Assembly: GCA_964016885.1 (NCBI GenBank)
Contig: OZ024741.1
Span: forward strand, 185,504,001 to 185,568,000
Direction: 5' to 3'
DNA length: 64,000 nucleotides
Source of the DNA: Eledone cirrhosa
Lineage: Eukaryota
Below are positions 16,167 through 29,860 of this stretch, one piece after another; within the stretch, counting starts at the first letter, position 1, and each line of letters opens with the position of its first letter. The position numbers and the translations under genes were made by a program. Under the pieces are notes generated by a model. It made no database searches, was not told where the DNA came from, and saw only the letters and a list, made by a program, of their open reading frames with translations.

Positions 16167-16722
16167 TTATGCCATACGAAGGTAGAATTTCAACAGAATG
16201 TCTCTGTTTTATGCTGTCAAAGGCTTTTCTAAAATAAACAAAAACTAGAACCATTTGTCTGTTGGAGTTTCTTATCTTCCACTACACTTCTCACGGCCAA
16301 AATCCTTGCAAGTGTAGATCTACCAGGCCTAAAGCTATATGGAATTGAATCATGGACGCTTTCATCCAGGCAACAAAAAACGCCTTCATGGCACCTACCC
16401 TTGCCTGCTTCAACGCATTCGGAACATAATCTGGCGACATCTGATTTTGAAAGAGATATATGGCGGCATCTCACGCATATCTGTCCTTGTGCGTAAAAGG
16501 AGAGAAAGATTTGCTGACCACCACCATCGTGCCACCTATGAGGCTGTGTCCCCATTAGTGATTTGGAAACCATAAGCACTATTAATAAGGGGCGCAAGCT
16601 CTCCTATCGCGATGTCATCTCCAGAGATTCTGGTATTGAAATCCATGATTTGGCAGCGGCAGAGAACGACACACCACGTGGAGAACAATTGTTGAGTCGA
16701 TTTCGGCTGAGGCCGGATGATA
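16165..16722. mobile_element. Degenerate RTE-type LINE with inverted RT fragment
   Basis: Minus: FRPGRSTLARILAVR..VYFRKAFDSI..SYGI. Plus: YGIESWTL..RKRRERFADHHHR..GRKLSYRDVISRDSG. Confidence 0.85.
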
Positions 16723-18164
16723 TATATATATATATGTGTGTGTGTGTTTTGTGTGTGGGGGGGGGGGGTGAAGAGAGAAACATAGCTGGATTGATACATT
16801 TCTCATGAGTTTCGTCTTAAATGACAAAACATTCTGTCGAACATCTAAGTAAGGAGGCATATTTTCTATTTAATTACGTTATGGTTTCATAAAATGTTTC
16901 TGTCTACTAATCTGTATGATTAGCTCTCATATCTCCCTGCTTAAAACCGTCTTTATTACTTTAAATTACATTGAAATGCATTGTACTGCAATACATTATA
17001 CTCTATTTGTACTGTGTCGTATTGGCTAATTATTGCAGCAGCATCTCGTCGTTTATAAAAGCATCTATTTTCTTGTTGTGGCCAATAAAAGAAATCGTTA
17101 AAAGTTTTATTATTAGTAGCAGTAGTTGTAGAGCTTTTGTCTTTGGTGGTTTGGGGTTTGGGATTTTGTTCTTCTGAATAGCCAGAAAAATATTCTTCAT
17201 CCGATTACAACCGTCTTTCAAGCAGACGCTAAAATCTTTATAATTTAATTCCTTCCATACATACTACGAGCATTTAGCTAATATGTCATCATAGCTAGCA
17301 AGCAGAGTAACCTATGCCTTTCTTGTCATGCAAAAGAGACCCTTCTTTAATTAAGAAACCAATGAATGCGAATGCATGGCTGCATTCGGAACATGGCAAA
17401 TGTAATAGGTTTATATTCAAGAGTACAAATATTTAATGAAATCATAATGTAATAATCGTTACACACAAATATGTGTTCAGACACACGCATGTTCACACAT
17501 GCACATACACTCACACATACACATACATAGGCATATATACATTGATTGTTTGTACATCGAGATACAGTTATGGGACCCACTACTACCATGACTACTCCGC
17601 TAACACCACTACTTCCAACAACACTGCCATGTTCGCAAATATAACTACCGCCACAAATACTATATCTTCTCTCACTAATTCCCTTCTTTCACCAGAACCC
17701 TTTCCCTATCACCAATGCATTCTTCTCAGCGGTTCTCTCCCCTCACCAACACACGCACAAATATAAACGCCACCGGCAGCGGCAAACCATCATGCCGTTG
17801 TGCACAGTCCTCGGGGCTAATTTATCAATAGTAATTACGCAGCTCCAATTACAACCTCTAGCGACTAAAATGTCCTGATCAGTCTATAGATGGGACAACG
17901 GGTGATTGACAGCAAATTATCTCGCCATAGTTTAAAGGTTAAACCCAACTGCAGTAAGACCTGACAAGTCCAAAATATTAGGCATTATTAAACTTGTTAT
18001 TTTGTAGGAAATAATTCATGCTTAACTTCAACGTCTTGTAGTAAAAAATATAAGGCTTGTAATGTGTAAGTTTGAAATAAATAGTAAAGGATCCAGCGTT
18101 GTTTAAGGATAGGATTTTAAGAAAGAATCCTCCTACACTCCACATCCACCCACAGACGCTCAAA

Positions 18165-18227
<63 letters not shown>

Positions 18228-18802
18228 ATACAAATTACATAATAATCAAAGCTATGTTCAAATCATTTTATTGCTGACAATCGTTTATTACAAACTATCG
18301 TTTGGAATCATCGGAGCACTAGCAATGCTTGTACATATAATTAACCTCCTATTCAACTGAAAAATCATATAAATACATGAATATTAATGTTGTCAAAAAT
18401 AGTTTCGTATTTACAGAGTGTAATGGATGCGACATAGATTTCAAGAGAATTGTACAATAATTAAAATTTAAAATTTAAAATTTAAAATTTAAAATTTAAA
18501 ATTAAAAAGGCACAGAGTGGAATGCATGCGACAGAGATTACAAGGGAATAGTATAAGAGTTAAAGAGGCATTAAAGTAGAAAGTTACTCGTAAAATGAGG
18601 ACACTAGTAGTACATATGCAAGCTTATAGAGAGTGCAAATGCATTAGGCATATACAGGAAGGAATTTATATTCCGGCTCTGTAAAACACCTCATGTATTT
18701 ACATTGAGCTATTTTTCTCACTGGTAATAAGGTAGTAATGTATTACTGACCTTTCCTGTTTATAACTGTATATAGTGTATACATAACTATAAATAATATT
18801 AT

Positions 18803-18850
<48 letters not shown>

Positions 18851-18995
18851 TTAAAGACTCACGCATACATACATACATATAGTATAATTGGCAATATACC
18901 GTATGTTAATTAAAAACATTTTGAAGACCTTGCTCAAACATACGTTATATTGCCAAATATACTATACACACATGCATGTATAAAATCGTTATTTC

Positions 18996-19079
<84 letters not shown>

Positions 19080-19098
19080 CGTGACCCTCCCAAAGTAT

Positions 19099-19134
<36 letters not shown>

Positions 19135-19139
19135 GAAAT

Positions 19140-19400
19140 GTAATGTAGAGAATCTCAAACGCAGAAAATAACTGTGAGCACAATTGATTGCTTTAAATAA
19201 CGGCTAAGAAAATCGATTAAGATATACATATAGACATACAAATTGGCCAGCAGCCGCTACATAGTATCGAATGGAACTGTATGAGTTCGATTTTCTGTAG
19301 CGGTGGCTGGCCATTTTCTCCGAAAATGGTATTATGCCTGTAGATTTTCTCAGCTGAGTTCACATCTATTTTCCTGCATTCGAGATTTCCTACATTTTCT
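19140..19400. repeat. Degenerate foldback
   Basis: Central hairpin tggccagcagccgctaca / tgtagcggtggctggcca and matching outer arms. Confidence 0.6.
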
Positions 19401-20954
19401 AAGCATATGTATAAGTTTGTTTGTATGTGCGTGTGTCTATGTGTGTGTATAAATAAGGTGAATAATTTTGTGTTGAGATCATGCTATTAAGATGAATACA
19501 GATTTCTAATTCAAATTAAGTTTCAGATCATTTAATCGCAGCTATTATTAGCATTGAAGAAATATAATTTTCCCTTTCTTTCTAGCTATATTTTCGTTAT
19601 GAATTAATTGCAGTAGTTCAGCGATGCCATCACCTCGTGACAGAAGCGTTGAAGGAATATATCTTTTTTCTCAATAGGACAAAGAGTAAATCAAATGTAG
19701 TTTTGCTTAGATTTGGAACCTACAAGCAATGAAAACATTCATCAAATTTACAGTTTCATCAGTGTTTGTAACGGTGAACTATATCCATATTACAGTATCT
19801 ATTAACGCTTAGATGAATATTTCCCAGTGAAAGAACTAGTAACAATTAGCTGAATTTCGTTGATGCTCCGGGAATTTTTTTTATCGATAGAGGTACTGTG
19901 ATAATCTGCTATAGTGCGGCCACCCTATGAAGAAGAAGGTGTGGCAGTTGTCATGGCATTAGATTTGAATTTTTCTGTAGTATTTTTTCTAATATCCTTA
20001 TAATGAAAACAAGCAGTGCCTTGTTTTGTTTTTGTGAATTAAATATACTATATCTTTTATGTTTACAGTTCATATTAACGCAATTTTCAATGTGTGTAGT
20101 TATGTAAAATCTGAAGTAATCTCCGTACTGACTACTACAGCGATGTTGACTATGTTGTCTCACGTGTAATTGCGTGAGTAATGTACACAATGTACGTGTA
20201 GTGCTTAGTCGAGAAAACTGTCTATATGAAATGCGTGTGTGTAAATCTTGGTGTATGCTACGTAATGTGCGTGCCAGGCCGAGAAGTGTAATGTATGTTG
20301 TTTGTGTGTAATTACTGAGTAATCTACTTTGTATCATTGTATTTCCTGGGGTATTCTACATAATATGTACGTCATAGCTCCAACACAACCAAAGATTTGT
20401 TAGTTGAATTTGGTAAATGCGTAGAAGCTCTTCATAGCGATGGGTCCTCTTTTCTTTATAAACGATCATTCCTCAAGAGACAAGACGAATGGCTCAGACA
20501 TATTGGCGAAACATGAACTAACGAACCACCGCGCTGGAATCCATTGCTATATAGACACAATTGACATGTACTTCCGTAATTTCCACAAGAATTTCTTATA
20601 GTTTACCTCTTACTCTCTCGAATGACTCAATATCAATCCTTCTTTATATCTTCTAATACTAGATATTTGTTTTCACTGGCCATACTATGTAATCTGTCTA
20701 TGAAGGTCAGCGCTGAAAATGGTATAATGCTAAATTTCTCAAAGATAAATCTTTAAAAGCATCCATTAAAAAGTCATACATACTGAAAGCATGTTATTAT
20801 TCTGTTCCGGTGGCGAAAGTTGGCCTGACGCCCAACAAGCCATTTTGTCGTTGTCTTACTGCCCTCCAAATAACCAACATATGATTGCTGTCGTGACCTT
20901 TACAGAAGGGATTTTAAATCTCAACACACACTCTTTGTTTAGGGAAATGAAAGG

Positions 20955-21185
<231 letters not shown>

Positions 21186-21242
21186 TCAGAAATCAGACGA
21201 AGGTAACTGAGAGTTGAAAGTGCATAACATAAAATCAAACCA

Positions 21243-21300
<58 letters not shown>

Positions 21301-22023
21301 CTGGTCTTGGCTATTCGAGATAGAAAAAGTCATTCTGGTCATACGTAACACGCAACGCTACCTTGACTTGACTGGAAGGCGGAACAATGGCTGACAGCAT
21401 CTGTCAACGCTTAGTTTTAGACCATTAGCATTTGAAAACAGTAATTGTTCCTGACGCTGGACGACATAGATAGCACCTATAATAGAGTTGTACACAAACA
21501 TTCTTTTATCTATAACTTTGTATGCATATAACATTTTCGATAGATATATTACTTCTAAAACTCTCCACAATGTTATTATAAACTTATTCGTTTTGTTCCC
21601 ATTCAATCTTATATATTGACTAGTTGTCTATTATAAACATTATTATTATCCGTACATGTCGTTAAGAGAAAGGAAGTAATCTTTTAGTCAGTGGAATCTG
21701 AAAAGTCGTGAATTTTTATATACCAAAGCGGAATAGCAATGACACTATTGAATAGTCAAAGAGGTTAAGGGTTCATATAGCAGATTTGGCCATAGTTTGT
21801 ATTGAGAGTTTTTCGCAAATCCGGACGACTGTCTGTAGTTTCTTTTCATTCTCAATGGACAATCAATATTAGACCCTAGTTTGCGAACTAGATTACGTAC
21901 ACACGCTCGCGTATATTTTCAGGCATAGACATATATAGACAAACATCTCGCTCTCTCCCTCTCTTTACATACATATATATATGTGTGTGTGTGTGCGTCT
22001 GTGTGTGAATGTGTGTTTGTGTT

Positions 22024-22055
<32 letters not shown>

Positions 22056-23031
22056 CACGTATGTAAAAGGTAAACGTAAATTACAAAATAAACGACAAGT
22101 ACGTTGCCGAATTATATTAATTTAAAGCTTGAAATAGCAAGAAAAGTGTCTCACGATTTGGGATACTAGTCCTTCGTCAAAAGATATAGTTAGAAATAAA
22201 AGATAAAATAGAAAGATAAAGACTGAGAGGAGGAAGAAATGGGAAAAAAATGAGGAAACATGGGAAAAACACACGTGCCTATTCAGTCAGCCATTGTGTA
22301 TGTGTGCGTGTATGTGTATGTAGGTGTGTATGTGTGTGTGTGTCTGTGTGGTTTGTGTGTGTCTGTCTGCGTATATATACATAGCAATTTTTACGCAAAA
22401 AATGTGCTTGTAAATAATAAAAAAACATCTATTTTCTTCACCAACCATCGTCTGGAAAATTTATTTCCGTGCATAAGGGTGATATTACACTATATTGATC
22501 CCAATTTACACGACACCCTCTGTAAACCGTATAAAAGATGCATATGAGATATAATATATACGCAAACAATGTGGCTCCAAACGCATCGCTTTCCACGAAC
22601 TCAAGCAAATATTGCCCACATAATTTAACTCATCCTGGATTACCCGAAACATAACAAATTAAATATTAATTAAACTAATCTTAACATCAAAGTTATACCG
22701 CAATCAGTTCTGGAATAGCAACACCAAAACCTAAATTGATTACATGTAAGTGGTGCTGACGATCGTCTGGATTTATCCGTCAAATTATTTGGTCTCCATA
22801 GATCTCTGCAGCTAACACTAACCCGTAATATGAATTGCACCTACACAGAAGCAGAACAACCATTAAATAATAAATCTCAACCTCATTCCGAATACAAACA
22901 ACGTAATGTCTAATCCACCATATATATATAAACAAACATAAATTATCGAGATTCGCATTTCGGCTCTCGAAATAACGAAAAACTACCTCCGAGATGTGCG
23001 GCAAGTGCTCAATGATTCAGAAGAACCAGAG

Positions 23032-23152
<121 letters not shown>

Positions 23153-23356
23153 TATATATATAGATATATATATAATTGAAAAAGTGAAGAATAACATGGT
23201 CAACAGTACAAAAAAGGGGTATTTATTTACAGTCTAACAATTATCTGATTGAGTTGTCTAAAAATTGCTGAACACTAGCTCAATCATGTTATCAGAGACT
23301 ATTTCAAAAAATATATAACCGGCAAATCTATAAATTCAAATTACAGCATCAATAAT

Positions 23357-23538
23357 AATTGTTTCTACTTTTAACACAAGGTCAGCAATTCACCAGTGTA
23401 TTACTGGTACTTTATTTTATCGACCCTGTAAGGATGAAAGGCAAATTTAACCTCGGCGGGATTTGAACTCAGAATGGCAAGGGCCGTAACTATGCGTCAA
23501 AGCATGGCGTCCGACCCTCTACCGATACTGCAAATCCA
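23357..23538 (-). mobile_element. tRNA-derived SINE family 1 inserted in the PLE-2 3' pLTR
   Basis: Reverse complement of gagttcaaatcccgccgagg..gtcgataaaataaagtaccag; absent from the other pLTR. Confidence 0.85.
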
Positions 23539-26500
23539 AAGATAGAGAGAGAAAAAAAAGAAAGAAAGGGAGAGAGATAAAGGAAAGAAAGAAATCACAA
23601 CGAAAAAGAAAAAGAAAAGGAAAAAGAAAAAGAAAAAGAAAAAGAAAAAGAAAAAGAAAAAGAAAAAGAAAAGAAAAAGAAAAAGAAAAAGAAAAAGAAA
23701 AAGAAAAAGAAAAAGAAAAAGGAGAAATGAAAACAGAGAAAGATATAGAGAGAAAAAAGGAGGATAGAAAGAGGAGAGAAAAGGATAGAGGAGAAATGAC
23801 GTAAGAGAAAAATAAAAATAGAGGGAAAATAATGATATCAACAATAAATTAAGAAATATTAATACATTAATAAATGTAAATAAATAAATAAATGAATAAA
23901 TAAACAAATTACATCGAGTATGATAGAAAATGATATAAAATGTGAAATACGAAAATATGAAAATATGAAAATATGAAAATACATAAGTAAAAATGTGCGA
24001 AGAAATTTAAACATATTAAGATTATTAAAAGTGGTTAAAATATAGAAAGATGCGAAGGTATAAATATGATAATGTTAAATATATTCATGTGTGTATTGGT
24101 TATTTTAATAAATTAATTATACAATTAATTAATTATTTGATTAATTAGTTGTACGTTATATTTGAATTGAAAATGATATTATAAGATAAAATAAAATGTT
24201 ACAGATGAAATAAATTTAGGGAGAGAAATAGTGGGATAGATTTTGAACATATGATATGAATGTAAATGTAAGAGGTTTTGATGTTGGTTCATTGATAGAT
24301 GATGACAATTATAACAATAATGATGATGATGTGATATTATAATAGATCTAAGTGGTACAATTTGGGTTATGGAGTAGATAAGATGAATTAAGCTGGTCTA
24401 AAGTTCTCAAATTTGGTCGCTGTTTTATGCCTACAGTAAATAGTTTTTTCAATTTTACTGTTAAGTAGCATTTTGTTGTAATTCAAAATTGTGAAAAGTT
24501 CCATATTACAAAGACCACAGTGGGACATGCCAATTCGATAGGCTGTTGCTGTTGATAGCTTCGTCCAGCTGATTTTATATTCCATGTTTGCATCTCTAAG
24601 TTGGCGAGTGTTGTTGTATTTATGAGCTATTCATAGAGTGTCTATGGACATACCACCTTTTCTTAAATTCTCCAGCAGTAGATCGTATGTAGTGCCATGC
24701 TAAGTTGCCTGAATTTATAGTACATAGGTATACTATATTTGAGTCTAGGCATCTATTTTGTAATGGGCATTTGTCAGGTGGATGACAATTACATTTAGAT
24801 GCTTTCCTATGTGCCGGTTCTTCTATATGGTTTTGTAAATTGTTATGTATGGGCTGAGAATTGAGTTTGTTGATGTATTGTGGTGATGTGTTCTGACGTG
24901 TGTTTGGTTGCGATGATGTTATATGCTTATGTTTTGTATTTGGTGTTATTCTACTTATTTGCGGACTACGTGTATTATAAATTATTTTCTAGTTAATTTT
25001 ATGTATGTGCGATTCTATGTTGTTGGCAGTGGAGTATGATAGTTTGATAGTTTTTCTATTAAAGATTTTATGATATTTATTAATCTTAGGGAAGTGTTTG
25101 TCAACTAATTTGAAGAAAGTATAAGGTAGTTTTGTTTTTATAGAGGAGTTAAACACTGGATTGAACCATAAGTACTTTCTATCTCTGCATCCTCTATAGT
25201 TATTAGTGGTTTTTCTATTAGTACTCTGTTCAATTAATTCACGTGCTTGTTGCCAATTTCTATGTTTAGTCCTAGATTTGTTGCTTCTATAGGTGTGGAT
25301 AGTGTTATTTCTATTAAGTGTGTTGTTATTTATTGTATTTGGTATGTATTTGAGTCTCTCTTTATGGCCTGCCTTAAGTAAAGCTATGTTGTAGTAGTTA
25401 GCGTGTTCATTAAAATTCTCTAGATTAGAAGATAGGCGTGAGATTCTAAGGGATATACTATGTGCTATGGAATTAATTATGGATCGAGGGTGATTAGAGT
25501 TATAATTAATGTAAGCTAAATTTTCATTATTTTCATGGAAGGGTTCTATTAGTCCTGTGTTTAGGTTGAGCGATACATCTAAGATGTTAGCTTTTTTAGA
25601 GTGAGTTCAAAAGTTGGGTTCAAAAGTGATGTTGAGTTCAAAAGTGATGTATTGGTAGAGCGTCGGATTTATTAAAGAATTTTCTAATCTTTTTTCCGTA
25701 ATCTTTCTAAGTTTTGATTATTTAGGTTTTTAGCTAAAAGTAATATATCGTCTCTATAAATTCCTCCTTTAATGTTATCAAATTCCTTATGTAAGATATG
25801 TGCTATATAAATTCAGACAATGTCCGTAACTTGGGCTGAATCATTTGATCCCATAGTTATATCGAAGTTATTCTGTCTATTTATTATTTCTTTCCCAGTA
25901 ACTATTGTCGAATTTAATGATTGTTCGTCTAGCAGCTAGTATTATTTTAATTTCCTCTGGTGATACGTCAGAGTATTTTTGTGCAAAGGATAGTGCCTTA
26001 TTTAGGGTTACTGGGGAAATAGAAGAGTAGTAGTTATTAATGTCAAACTGTATGAAGTCGTAAGATTCTCTATTGTCTAATTAATTAAACCAATCTATTG
26101 CTTCATTAGTGTTACCCCAGAGTTTGATTATTAGTTTTTCTTTAATTTGTTGTATTATTCTATCTAGTATAAACTTGCTAATTCTGCCTATATTCGATTT
26201 TGATGGACATATTAATCTAATAGTAGGGTCAGTTTCAAAGTTACATTTATGATCCTTCAGATTAAAAGAGGGTTTACAAGGGGTTAGGGTTCGGTTCTAT
26301 CAGATATTTTAAGTTTTTTTTTACTATGTTAAGACCTTCCTTGTTAATGCTATTGAGTGTAGACTGTAGTTTTTTGTATTTTTTATGTAATTCCCGGCGT
26401 ATAGAGTTGTATGTATTAAGGCTCATGGTGTATACGTTTGATGTTTTGTCTGCCTTTACTATAATACCATTGGTGTTACGTAATTTTTTTAGTAGTGCAT

Positions 26501-27082
26501 TGATGTTATTTTGCAGTTTGTTATGATGTGTTCGCTTTTTGAATTTAGTTTCCTTTATCATGTTCATGAGGCCAAGTTCAAAGACATCAAGTTGTGGGTT
26601 GCTCGGTGGATTTTTGCAGGATCTAAGCCCATAATTTTCACTGGTACACTCATTATTTCTATCATTATTATTATGTCCTTTATCGTAATGATTTGCTTTC
26701 CATCTGATTCTACAGATAAATCATTAGTTCTTTGTATCATTCTGAGCGTATATTCCTTATTTGTAAGTATAGGTATGTTTTTAAAGGACATTCCTTTGTA
26801 GAGTCTTACCCTGTTAGTGCGTGCGCTAAATTAATTGCTCAACCTAATGGGAGCTTGGTACAAGGGTTAACAAAATATCGTTATAGGTAATTAAGTTAGA
26901 GGTTGTGAATACTTCTTATTATTTATAGTTTTAGCATACGGCTTTATTTGACTCAACATGAGGTCTACGTAGATGGCGAGTTTATGATTTAACTTGTATT
27001 CCTATGTAAGTTTATCTTGGAGTAATAAAATTGAAAAAGTGAAGAATAACATGGTCAACAGTACAAAAAAGGTGAATTTATT

Positions 27083-27184
27083 TAGTCTAACAATTGTTTC
27101 TCTGATTGAGTTGTCTAAAAATTGCTGAACACTAGAAGCAGTGTCACTCAATTTTAAATACGATGCTAGCTCAATCAGAGACTA
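27083..27184 (-). ncRNA. Atypical hammerhead-like motif in PLE-2 pLTR
   Basis: tagtct CTGATTGA..GAA ACAATTGT T agacta; 6-bp stem I and palindromic stem III. Confidence 0.55.
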
Positions 27185-27591
27185 TTTCCAAAAATATATA
27201 ACCGGCAAATCTACAAATTCAAATTACAGCATCAATAATAATATTAGTAATAAAGATAGAGAGAGAAAAAAAAAGAAAGAAAGAGAGATAGATAAAGGAA
27301 AGAAAGAAAGAGAAAGGAAAAAGAAAAAGAAAAAGAAAAAGAAAAAGAAAAAGAAAAAGAAAAAGAAAAAGAAAAAGGAGAAATGAAAACAGAGAAAGAT
27401 ATAGAGAGAAAAAAGGAGGATAGAAAGAGAAGAGAAAATGATAGAGGAGAAATGACGTAAGAGAAACGACCAAGTAATTCGGGTCAAACAAATAAAAAAT
27501 ATGTGATTGAAAAATTTACCCGGACCCCTGGATGGATGGTGTTTTACTATAATTTCTGGCAATATTATAACAATATGAATCTCTCCAAATA

Positions 27592-27639
<48 letters not shown>

Positions 27640-27642
<3 letters not shown>

Positions 27643-27980
27643 AAAAATAGATGAAATCGAAAATGCAACTGGAGTCTTATATTTTTTTTAAATATATATA
27701 TTAATTTGGTTCCTTTACCGGTTTCGCAGTTCTTCTGCTTTTCAAAAGGTGAGTTGAGATGGAGGGTCTGTGGTTTTTCTCACAACCACAGACCCTCCAT
27801 CTCAACTCACCTTTTGAAAAGCAGAGGAACTGCGAAACCGGTAAAGGAACCAAATAAATATATATATTTAAAAAAAAAATAAGACTCCAGTTGCATTTTC
27901 GTTTTCATCTCTTTTTCTTTATACTTTCACTCGTGTAGGACACCTCGGTTATTTTTCATTTTGTAAAAATAAAACCTCAC

Positions 27981-27987
<7 letters not shown>
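27640..27987. mobile_element. Foldback element family D, copy 2
   Basis: Highly similar to 7825-8186, opposite overall orientation, in (TA)n. Confidence 0.88.
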
Positions 27988-28034
<47 letters not shown>

Positions 28035-28367
28035 GGATTAACAAATAATAGTTAAATGCAGTCCACTTAGGTGAAGTCCAGTTATGGTATTCCAGGTAGT
28101 GGATGATATTAACGCTTGGCTTGGTTTGACTCAACAAGGCGTTTTCATAGTGATGCTGCGGGTATGCTGTAATTCCTATGTTGTAAACACTTGGAGTAAT
28201 AATAAATCAGGAAAGATGGTTATAATTCTGTATTGGCGATCGAATAACGCAAAATTAAGCGGTTAGCGATCTCTAGACATACCAGTTCAGTGAAACAAAT
28301 GTAAGCTATGTGATTAAAAACTTTTTTGTATAGCAAACCATGTAAACCTTCTTTCCTGATTTATATA

Positions 28368-28505
<138 letters not shown>

Positions 28506-28696
28506 ATATTTGGAGAGGTTCATATTGTTATAATATTGCCAGAAATTATAATAAAACACACACAATGTTTCGTTTGGATTGGTTTTCGCTTCTGAATCTT
28601 TATATCTCCATAGTTAAGATATCTGGTAATCAATGTTTTTCATTGATTGACCAACGGTTAAAAATACAGCTATAAATTTATCTATATAGTTTATCA

Positions 28697-28909
28697 GTGA
28701 AGGCGCGTGGCTGAGTGGTAAGAGAATTGGATTCACAATCATGAGGTTGTAAGTTCGATTCCTGGACCGGGCGATGCGTTATGTCCTTGAGCAAGACACT
28801 TTATTTCACGTTTGTTCCTTCTACCTGGACTTGCGACCGATATATAGGAATTGGAAAGACAATGGAAACATTGTTTCCTCGATCCGATTTAACGAAAGTC
28901 GATCGACTA
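28697..28909 (+). mobile_element. tRNA-derived SINE family 2 with 14-bp TSD
   Basis: A box tggctgagtgg, B box gttcgattcc; TSD tatatagtttatca; inserted into a family-J copy. Confidence 0.88.
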
Positions 28910-28926
28910 TATATAGTTTATCAAAA

Positions 28927-28969
<43 letters not shown>

Positions 28970-29509
28970 CCTAACTAAAGACAGACACTCTTAATGAAAT
29001 AAACTATTCTCCTAACGACGAAAAATAGATACGATTAAATCAAATCCTTACAATTATCTATTAAAACGCTTCCATAAGTCAAAAACTGTCTTAAACTCAG
29101 CAGCAATTCTTCTCTCCACCTTCATTGCTCTCCCTCAAGTTAAACCAAACATCCCTCTTTGTCTCTCTTAAGCCATAATTCAACCCGATATAAGGGTAAG
29201 TTGATAATTAGCGCAGCCTCCATGGAAAATAAATAAATAAATGCTGTTTTGTTTTAAATAACATAGACAAAATAAATTAAATTGTATTACATTTTGACAT
29301 TAAACGCTCCACAGCACCTTTCAATATCTACAAACATATGTACGCTCGATTAGTTTAAAGTCAAAATAGTTCTGAATTCCCTTAGAGAATCTCACATAAA
29401 TATTCCAATGCAACGATCACCTGCCATAGTCTTTCTTAGTCATGTGTTCCAACAATTGATTAGCTTCTCTTAAAATCTTAGTCCAATAGCCAATCCTACC
29501 ATATCGTAT

Positions 29510-29860
29510 GGCAGTATCAGTAGAGGTTCGGGCGCCATGCTTTGACACAAAGAGTTATGTCTCTTTACGATCTGAGTTCAAATCCCGCCGAGTTTAACTT
29601 TGCCTTTCATCCTTACGGGATCGATAAAATAAAGTACTAGTAATGTACTGGGTATTTGCTGGAAGTATTGGTAGAGCGTCGGATGACATGTTTTACTGTA
29701 TATAGTTACGTCTCTTTCAGTTCTGAGTTCCAATCCCGCCTGAGGTTAGCTTGGGCTTTCATCCTTTTGGGGTCGATAAATTAAAGTACTAGTAATGCAC
29801 TGGGGTCGATTCAATCGACTTTTCAAATTGATGGCGTTGTGCCTAAATCGGAAATCAATA
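29510..29860 (+). mobile_element. Tandem pair of SINE family 1
   Basis: Two successive copies of gagttcaaatcccgcc..gtcgataaa..aagtactagtaatg. Confidence 0.85.

Larger units (their letters stand above)
23174..27466 (-). mobile_element. Near full-length decayed PLE (PLE-2) with two direct pLTRs
   Basis: pLTRs at 23174-23810 and 27029-27466, both with (AAAAAG)n. Coding remnants 26800->24388: KNIP, KADKTSNVY, FIQFDINNYYSSIS, TMGSNDSAQ, GGIYRDD, SNHPRS, CNC..CP, CGLC. Confidence 0.92.

Noticed and set aside
28697-28775. tRNA gene (also 55603-55680)
   Set aside because: It is a tRNA-like head continuing into a repeated SINE body, with a TSD.
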